Source of the DNA: a bacterium
GTDB taxonomy: Bacteria; UBA6262; WVXT01
NCBI GenBank assembly: GCA_046759165.1
Contig: JBHIBS010000043.1
Location: 1 to 12,383, forward strand
DNA length: 12,383 bases
Direction: 5' to 3'
The translations under genes and the position numbers were made by a program. The notes under the pieces are model-generated. The model saw only the letters and a list, made by a program, of their open reading frames with translations, was not told where the DNA came from and ran no database searches. Each line of letters begins with the position of its first letter. The first letter of the stretch is position 1. Below, in pieces: positions 6,616 through 12,383 of the stretch.

Positions 6616-7385
6616 ACACTTTACCGATTAAAGAGAAACTCAAGGGGGGAGGATTTGTCGTCGGCCCTTTTATGAAGTGCCGTGATCCAGCAATGGTTGA
6701 AATAGTAGGCCTTGCTGGATTCGATTTTGCCATTTTGGATATGGAGCACAGTGCACTCTCTATTGAGAGCATGGAAGATTTGATAAGAATGGCAGGGGTT
6801 AGAGGCATTGATTCAATAGTTAGGGTTCCCGAAATATCGGAATCTGCGATTTCGGCACCGCTGGATGCAGGAGCAAGCGGGGTTTTAGTTCCGCACGTCG
6901 ACACCAAAGAGCAGGCAGAAGAGGTGGTATTTCTATCGAAATTTTCTCCTTTAGGGGAAAGGGGAATGGATGTATTTGCTCGTGCCGCTGACTATTCTCA
7001 CCTCCCCAAGGAGATTTACCTTAAGGAGGCGAATAGGAGAACTCTTTTGATTGTCCAGATTGAGGGGAAGAAAGGAGTGGAAAACCTCGATGATATATTG
7101 CTGGTTAAGGGTCTGGATACCATATTTGTTGGACCTTATGACCTCTCTCAGTCGCTGGGAGTTCCTGGTGAGATAGGCCATCCGAAGGTTAGGGAAAAAA
7201 TTAAGGAGGTGGTGGGAAAGGTAAGAAAGGCGGGTCTCTCGCTTGGAATATATGTGGATGATGTTGAGACGGCAAAGAGATGGATTAATTTGGGTGTTCA
7301 GTTTATTGCCCTTCTTGTGGATGTCGTGATATTTTTCCAGGCCTGCCGTTCTCTCGTTGCTCCTCTGAGAAAATCTGAAAGATAA
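6612..7385 (+). CDS. HpcH/HpaI (class II pyruvate) aldolase family protein
   Basis: AGFDFAILDMEHS, VRV, LDAGASGVLVPHV, QIE and FVGPYDLSQSLG motifs. Confidence 0.92.
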   Translation: MNTLPIKEKLKGGGFVVGPFMKCRDPAMVEIVGLAGFDFAILDMEHSALSIESMEDLIRMAGVRGIDSIVRVPEISESAISAPLDAGASGVLVPHVDTKEQAEEVVFLSKFSPLGERGMDVFARAADYSHLPKEIYLKEANRRTLLIVQIEGKKGVENLDDILLVKGLDTIFVGPYDLSQSLGVPGEIGHPKVREKIKEVVGKVRKAGLSLGIYVDDVETAKRWINLGVQFIALLVDVVIFFQACRSLVAPLRKSER

Positions 7386-7428
7386 TATGTAAAAGGTAGT
7401 CTATTTATCGCTGAGGAAGATATGCTCA

Positions 7429-7576
7429 GGATTTGCTTCGCTCGCTGACAATTTTTTGCTCTTCGAGCACCGCCAAAAATCTCAGGAGTTTACCGAAAGG
7501 GCAAGTCGCTCAGTTTCGGCTAAACTCTTTTCTTCGATTTTTGGGTAAAAATTCTAATGCTCGCTACACCCAATCC
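7429..7576. repeat. Long nested imperfect palindrome (MITE/REP-like structured spacer)
   Basis: Concentric arms: GGATT/AATCC (7429-7433/7572-7576), AATTTTT/AAAAATT (7450-7456/7547-7553), CCAAAAATC/GATTTTTGG (7473-7481/7536-7544), GAGTTTA/TAAACTC (7486-7492/7521-7527), CCGAAA/TTTCGG (7493-7498/7514-7519). Confidence 0.7.
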
Positions 7577-7676
7577 CCTTGCATTATGGGAATATGTTGT
7601 CCTCGTTTTTTGGTCAAAATTCCAATAGTTCTTCATAAGTTATCTTTTAATAAGGTAATTGACAGAGGAATCAATT

Positions 7677-9203
7677 ATGGCTGAATTCCTGTTAGGAATA
7701 GACATAGGGACCACTTCCTGTAAGGTGGGTCTATACGGTTTAAAAGGCAATATGGTTGCCCAAGCTTCCAAAAGTTATCCCACTTACCAGCCGGCTCCCC
7801 ATGAAATAGAGCAGAATCCCGAGGACTGGTGGAAGGCAGTAGAGATAGCAATTGGACAGATCGGGCGGAGACCGAAGGTAAAAATGTCTTCGATTGTAGG
7901 TATAGGCTTGAGCGGTCAGACTCCGACTCAGGTCTTTGTGGATAGAAAGGGCAAAATTTTGAGACGCGCAATTATCTGGAGAGATACAAGGAGTGAGGAC
8001 GAGGCTCGATGGATCCGGAGGGTGATAGGAAAGAGGAGAATGGAGAAGTTTCTGGGGATGGACTTACCCATACAGCCTAATTGGCCTCCCGCTAGACTTT
8101 TGTGGCTGAAGAAACATGAGCCCCAGATTTTGAACAGGACGTTCAAGATTCTTCAGGCCAAGGATTTTATTGGATACAAACTTACAGGTTGTTTCTTCTC
8201 AGATAGGTGGTGTTCTAAGGGGATGGTCAATTTAAAGACTGGTAGAGTTTCCAGTGAATTTTTTGGAGTTCTGGGAATTTCAGAGGAGATAGTTCCTGAG
8301 ATCTATAAACCATATGAGGTAGTTGGGAGAGTAAGAAAAGAGATAGGAAATCGCATCGGGATTCCCAAGGGCATTCCTGTAGTTGCAGGATGGAGCGATG
8401 CTCTATGTGGAATGCTTGCCACGGGTTCGCTCTCTGTTTCGGGTAGGGCTTTCAACATCACCGGCACTTCGGAGATAGTGGGGCTCACAACTCTTTCTAT
8501 TCCAAAATTGACTTATGGTCTTATGTCAATTCCCTCAGCCATAACTAATACTATTTCTGTTTTATACGGGCCGACTCAATCTGGTGGCGATTCGCTGAAG
8601 TGGGCAGGGGAAACGCTTCTCGACCTGGATGAAAAAACTGGCACCCAGGGTCTCTCTCTTACGGGATTGGATTCACTCTTGAGCCAGGCAGAGTCCATAG
8701 TTCCTGGAAGCAAAGGTATGATTTTTCTCCCCTATCTTGAAGGGGAAAGGGCACCGATTTGGGATGCGAATGCTAAGGGACTTTTAATTGGCATAACAAG
8801 AACGCATCGAAGATCTCACTTAATTAGGTCTATTCTTGAGGGCGTGGCTTACAGCGTGAGGCATTTGCTGGAAATTGCTGAGAAATCCGTGGGAAGAAAA
8901 GTTGAGAAAATTAGAATAGCGGGTGGAGGAGCGAAGATCGATCTCTGGAATCAAATTAGAGCAGATGTCACCGGCAGGTGCATAGAGAAGTTGCAGGTGT
9001 TAGAGACTGGAACGTTGGGTGCAGCCATGCTGGCAAGCTCGGGCATTGGCGTATATAAGAGCTTAAATGAGGTTAGTAAACAGATGGTTCACGTAGCCAG
9101 TTTAGTGGAGCCAGTTAGAGAACACCGTAAACAATATGATAAATTGTTTGGAATTTATAAAAGACTCTATCCTCTCCTGAAGCCGGTTTTCCACGAACTT
9201 TAA
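7677..9203 (+). CDS. FGGY-family carbohydrate kinase (xylulokinase-like; substrate not determinable)
   Basis: LGIDIGTTSCK, EQNPEDWW, IIWRDTRS, FLPYLEGERAPIWD, GGGAK and GAAMLA. AGAGGA lies upstream of ATG 7677. Confidence 0.92.
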   Translation: MAEFLLGIDIGTTSCKVGLYGLKGNMVAQASKSYPTYQPAPHEIEQNPEDWWKAVEIAIGQIGRRPKVKMSSIVGIGLSGQTPTQVFVDRKGKILRRAIIWRDTRSEDEARWIRRVIGKRRMEKFLGMDLPIQPNWPPARLLWLKKHEPQILNRTFKILQAKDFIGYKLTGCFFSDRWCSKGMVNLKTGRVSSEFFGVLGISEEIVPEIYKPYEVVGRVRKEIGNRIGIPKGIPVVAGWSDALCGMLATGSLSVSGRAFNITGTSEIVGLTTLSIPKLTYGLMSIPSAITNTISVLYGPTQSGGDSLKWAGETLLDLDEKTGTQGLSLTGLDSLLSQAESIVPGSKGMIFLPYLEGERAPIWDANAKGLLIGITRTHRRSHLIRSILEGVAYSVRHLLEIAEKSVGRKVEKIRIAGGGAKIDLWNQIRADVTGRCIEKLQVLETGTLGAAMLASSGIGVYKSLNEVSKQMVHVASLVEPVREHRKQYDKLFGIYKRLYPLLKPVFHEL

Positions 9204-9212
9204 TGTACACGC

Positions 9213-9272
9213 GCGGGTTCGATGAATCGAACCCCTGAAATGATTGCAGGTGGGATTTGTCGGATCCGCTAC
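9213..9272. repeat. Degenerate REP-like hairpins
   Basis: Perfect hairpin GGGTTCGA-TGAA-TCGAACCC (9215-9234), plus a weaker palindrome ending in CTAC (9249-9272). Confidence 0.45.
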
Positions 9273-9288
9273 CGATAGGAGGCATTGA

Positions 9289-10446
9289 TTGGAGGTGAAA
9301 AGACTAAAACAGTTAGCAAGAAATAACCAGAAAGGTTTGGTCGATTTCTTGAGAGATATAGTGAGAATTCCCAGCCTCTCTGGTCGAGAGGCGAAGATTG
9401 CTCGTCGGGTAAAAGAAGAGATGGAAAGGTCTGGATTTGACGAAGTGTTCATTGACGGCATTGGAAATGTGGTAGGACGAATCGGTTCGGGGAGAGTCAG
9501 GATACTATACGATGCACATATGGATACTGTGGATATTGGTGATAGAAAAAGCTGGAAGCACGACCCTTTCGCAGCGGAATATAGAGGTGGGATCATTTAT
9601 GGGAGGGGAGCATGTGATGATAAAGCAGGGGTCGCCTCAGCTATATATGGTGGTAAACTAATTGTAACTCTTGGTCTAAGAGGAGATTATACACTGTACA
9701 TTGCTGCCACCGTGGAAGAGGAGTCAGCTGGGGGTAAAGGCATTGAATATCTGATAAGGGAAGATAGACTGAAACCACATTTTGTTCTTCTCGCAGAGCC
9801 AAGCAGTCTGAATATTATTCGCGGACACAAGGGAAGGGTTGGGCTGAAAATTTCTCTCAGAGGCAAGTCGGCACATGCCGGCACGCCCTGGAAAGGGATA
9901 AATGCAATCTACAGAATGGCGCCATTAATTCGGAAGGTAGAAAAATTGAACAGTAGACTCCCCTCTACTCCTCCTCTGGGGAAAGGAACCGTAACCGTTA
10001 CCAAGATTGACTGCGAGAAAGCTTCCTTAAATGCCATCCCTGACAATTGTACTATCTACGTAGATAGGAGAACGAATACTCGGGAGACTAAACAGAGGGT
10101 AAAACGCGAATTGAGAACTCTTATGGGAAAGGGTGGAAAATTAGAAATTTTGCAAAAGTTCTTTCCTGCCTGGGAATTACCGCGGGAACACCCTTTGGTT
10201 CTCTCTTGCGTAGAGACTTATAGGGCTCTTTTTAAGAGGAGCCCTGAAGTTCTCCTCTGGCCATTTTGCAGCAATGGAAGTTATACTATGGGCGAGAAAC
10301 ACATACCTACGATAGTTTTTGGGCCAGGGGAGGAGAGAGTTGCCCACTCAGCTGATGAACAAGTCAAGGTCGAACATCTTATCAAGGGAGCAATGTTTTA
10401 TGCGATGCTACCTGTAATGATATCGAAAAGATTTAGGAAGACCTGA
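9289..10446 (+). CDS. M20-family metallohydrolase (YgeY/ArgE/DapE-like)
   Basis: DAHMDTV, GRGACDDKAG, EEE, AEPS, GKSAHA and AHSADE metal-ligand motifs; AGGAGG at 9277-9282, 6 nt before TTG. Confidence 0.9.
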   Translation: MEVKRLKQLARNNQKGLVDFLRDIVRIPSLSGREAKIARRVKEEMERSGFDEVFIDGIGNVVGRIGSGRVRILYDAHMDTVDIGDRKSWKHDPFAAEYRGGIIYGRGACDDKAGVASAIYGGKLIVTLGLRGDYTLYIAATVEEESAGGKGIEYLIREDRLKPHFVLLAEPSSLNIIRGHKGRVGLKISLRGKSAHAGTPWKGINAIYRMAPLIRKVEKLNSRLPSTPPLGKGTVTVTKIDCEKASLNAIPDNCTIYVDRRTNTRETKQRVKRELRTLMGKGGKLEILQKFFPAWELPREHPLVLSCVETYRALFKRSPEVLLWPFCSNGSYTMGEKHIPTIVFGPGEERVAHSADEQVKVEHLIKGAMFYAMLPVMISKRFRKT

Positions 10447-10512
10447 AGGCTTGGCCCTTAGGGCTCGAGCCCGGAGAGCGTGGGCTATATTCCTGTTCAA
10501 ATAATTTTTTAC

Positions 10513-10542
10513 TTGACAAAAAAGTATTGATTTTGGTATCAT
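10513..10542 (+). promoter_or_regulatory. Sigma70-type promoter with extended -10
   Basis: Perfect TTGACA (10513-10518), 18-nt spacer, TGn-TATCAT (10537-10542), AT-rich upstream. Confidence 0.7.
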
Positions 10543-10799
10543 TAAAAATTACCTAACCAAGCATAAGCAATTCTCACTTCGTCTTACAACTCCCGGTAAT
10601 AATCTACCGCTTTTAAGTTTACCATCCTTAAGCCACTAATTAGTTTCTCTAACCAGAGTTTATTATGGAACCTAATCAACAACTCTCACGTTTATGTATA
10701 CTGGCAAGAATTCAAAGTCAACTGCAAAGCAATTCTATATTTTTATAACATTCAGGAGGTGGTGCCTGTAAAGTCATGGGGTAAAAGTGTTAAAATTTT

Positions 10800-10853
10800 G
10801 CATAGATTGAATCTGTGCCTACAACACAATTGTAGGTACGGCTTTAGCCGTGC
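10800..10853. repeat. Back-to-back pair of GTAG-type REP-like hairpins
   Basis: GCATAGATT-G-AATCTGTGC-CTAC (10800-10822) and GTAG-GTACGGCT-TT-AGCCGTGC (10832-10853); each is a palindrome with GTAG at its foot. Confidence 0.6.
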
Positions 10854-10863
10854 AGAAAACAAG

Positions 10864-11032
10864 AGGGGCGCCGGTCGCGACGAATAAGGAGCGACGACCG
10901 AGCGGAGCGAGGGAAAGCTGCGGGCGCGAGACGGTGAGCGGCCCGGAGCGCTGTTCCGACGAATAAGGAGGAACGCGTCACGGACACGTGCGAGTCGGTG
11001 AGCAGGCAGGCCGCCGACTGAAGCGAAAGGAG
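10864..11032 (+). repeat. Adjacent A-type (10868-10944) and B-type (10949-11032) copies of the two-hairpin element, ending in the amidohydrolase RBS
   Basis: Loop GACGAATAAGGA at 10879-10890 and 10958-10969, GAGACGGTGA at 10928-10937, GAGTCGGTGA at 10992-11001; ends GCGAAAGGAG. Confidence 0.92.
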
Positions 11033-11041
11033 ATGAAAAAA

Positions 11042-11785
11042 ATGAAGATAGTCGACATTCATTTGCATTTGGGACCATGCAAGGTGTTTGATTTAGATAC
11101 TTCGGAAGAGGCGTTGATGGGCACGATAGAAAAGAATAAAGTTGATGCTGGGCTTGTTCAACCTTATCCAGGCACACCGGATGTCAAGAAAACCCACAAT
11201 GATATAGCTAAACTTGTGAAGAAGTACCCTAAGAAGATTTTTGGACTTGTAAATCTCAATCCCCATCAGGAAGAAAAAGAATATAATGCAGAGGTTGATA
11301 GACTCATAAGAGATGAAGGTTTCGTTGGTATAAAACTGCACACTATTGGTCATGCGATAAGTCCTCTGGCTACCGATGCAAAGAAGGTCTTTGAAGCAGC
11401 GAAAAGGCATAAAGTTCCGTTAATGATTCATACTGGAGCGGGAATTCCATTTGCTCTGCCTTCACTTGTTATACCTATGGCACAGGCTTATCCGGATCTC
11501 CCAATAATCCTTTATCATTCTGGTATGGCACATATATATTCAACTGAAGCTTACATTGCTGCAAAACTTTGCAAGAATATCTATTTAGAGGGTTCTTGGA
11601 TTTCTATTAATGAGAAAATCTGGTTTGTAAGCGACCTCGGGTCCGAGAGAATACTTTTGGGAACCGACTTGCCAGAGAATACGGCAGTGGAAATCTTCCA
11701 GTATAAATCTATGAACCTTAGCGATAACGACCTAGCAAATGTTTTGGGTGAGAATGCTATAAGGCTCTTCAACCTTAAGATATAA
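11042..11785 (+). CDS. Amidohydrolase-2 family TIM-barrel metallohydrolase
   Basis: IVDIHLH (HxH), GIKLH, IHTG, HSG and GTDLP. ATG 11042 is 9 nt after AAGGAG; ATG 11033 is an alternative. Confidence 0.88.
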   Translation: MKIVDIHLHLGPCKVFDLDTSEEALMGTIEKNKVDAGLVQPYPGTPDVKKTHNDIAKLVKKYPKKIFGLVNLNPHQEEKEYNAEVDRLIRDEGFVGIKLHTIGHAISPLATDAKKVFEAAKRHKVPLMIHTGAGIPFALPSLVIPMAQAYPDLPIILYHSGMAHIYSTEAYIAAKLCKNIYLEGSWISINEKIWFVSDLGSERILLGTDLPENTAVEIFQYKSMNLSDNDLANVLGENAIRLFNLKI

Positions 11786-11929
11786 TATAGAGGAGCTCTG
11801 CCTCTTAAAAGGCACGCTTTTCACAGTTCTCTTGCCGAGCAAGGGACTTATACCAGGAGGCAAGGAAAGGGGGGAATAGAAGGGAAGCAAAAGAAACATT
11901 TAATTTTTTGTCGAAAGGGGGGATGAGCG

Positions 11930-12226
11930 ATGATAGGAATGGGTTTTTCGGCTTTCTTGACGCTTTTGATTATTGCCATTGTAGTCTCGGTAATTTTATC
12001 TCTGGTGAAAGTTCGAGTTACTGGTGGGTTTATCGTTATGTTAATTGTCGGTTGGTTTGGTGCATGGTTGGGTTCTCCTGTTTTTGGATACTGGTGGGAG
12101 GCTTTGAGCGTCGAGGGCGTTTATATCGTACCAGCTGTTCTGGGTTCGTTAGTAGCCATCAGTTTGTGTGCCTCTAAAGGAAAATTTATTGAAGGAGTTC
12201 TGGCCAAATTAGCTAAGAAAGAGTAG
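11930..12226 (+). CDS. Small membrane protein, GlsB/YeaQ/YmgE (transglycosylase-associated)-like
   Basis: Three hydrophobic segments with IVGWFGAWLG and IVPAVLGS; purine-rich RBS 7 nt upstream. Confidence 0.7.
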   Translation: MIGMGFSAFLTLLIIAIVVSVILSLVKVRVTGGFIVMLIVGWFGAWLGSPVFGYWWEALSVEGVYIVPAVLGSLVAISLCASKGKFIEGVLAKLAKKE

Positions 12227-12255
12227 AAAATTTAGATTTTATTACAGAAAGGAGG

Positions 12256-12383
12256 GTCGCCGTCGCGACGAGTAAGGAGCGACAAGTCTGGCGACGGGTT
12301 CGAGATGGTGAGAACCCCGGCCGGATTGAGCGAAGCGAAAGGGTCGCCGTCGCGACGAGTAAGGAGCGACAAGTCTGGCGACG
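12256..12383 (+). repeat. Tandem copies (87-bp period) of the two-hairpin element; second copy truncated by the window end
   Basis: 12253-12296 is identical to 12340-12383. Unit: GTCGCC[GTCGC-GACGAGTAAGGA-GCGAC]aagtct-GGCGAC, then GGGTTC-GAGATGGTGA-GAACCC, then GAGCGAAGCGA. Confidence 0.93.

Noticed and set aside
7433-7684. 83-aa plus-strand ORF
   Set aside because: It lies over the nested palindrome, has a TTG start without an RBS and shows no recognisable protein features.
10453-10472. GC palindrome GGGCTCGAGCCC after the M20 gene as a terminator
   Set aside because: No loop and no adjacent U-tract, so it cannot be called.
10762-10887. 41-codon leader ORF after AGGAGG at 10754-10759
   Set aside because: The SD-to-GTG spacing is only 2 nt and the frame runs through REP and repeat sequence.
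11908-12177. 89-aa alternative-frame ORF
   Set aside because: It overlaps the better-supported 11930-12226 membrane protein, which has an RBS.
12253-12383. CRISPR array interpretation of the repeats
   Set aside because: The intervening sequence is itself a conserved part of the element, not a unique spacer. Copies are dispersed and there are no cas genes.

Overview
A 12.4-kb bacterial chromosomal segment with 14 credible CDSs, all on the + strand. In order: a 5'-truncated MobB with an Fe-S domain, a COG0731-type radical SAM protein, a thiol-redox/lipoprotein block (Lgt-like, CcdA, TrxA, TrxB, TlpA/ResA-like lipoprotein), an NrdG-type activase, a MOSC protein, an HpcH/HpaI aldolase, an FGGY sugar kinase, a YgeY-like M20 hydrolase, an amidohydrolase and a GlsB/YeaQ-type membrane protein. 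The proteins are ordinary; the unusual signal is intergenic. A short non-coding structured element occurs 7 times in 4 spacers (2325-2540, 3304-3379, 10868-11032, 12256-end). It has two conserved loops (GACGARTAAGGA and GAGWYGGTGA) on stems that change sequence but keep pairing. All copies are co-oriented with transcription and sit at Shine-Dalgarno-like sequences. One copy is bracketed by a duplicated AAGGAGG and has an apparent empty site elsewhere in the window, and one is tandemly repeated with an 87-bp period. The two loop ends together spell TAAGGA+GGTGA, the complement of the canonical 16S rRNA 3' end. Separate GTAG-type REP-like hairpins and a ~150-nt nested palindrome fill other spacers. 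No transposase, tRNA, rRNA or CRISPR array was found. All calls are from manual reading; no searches were run.
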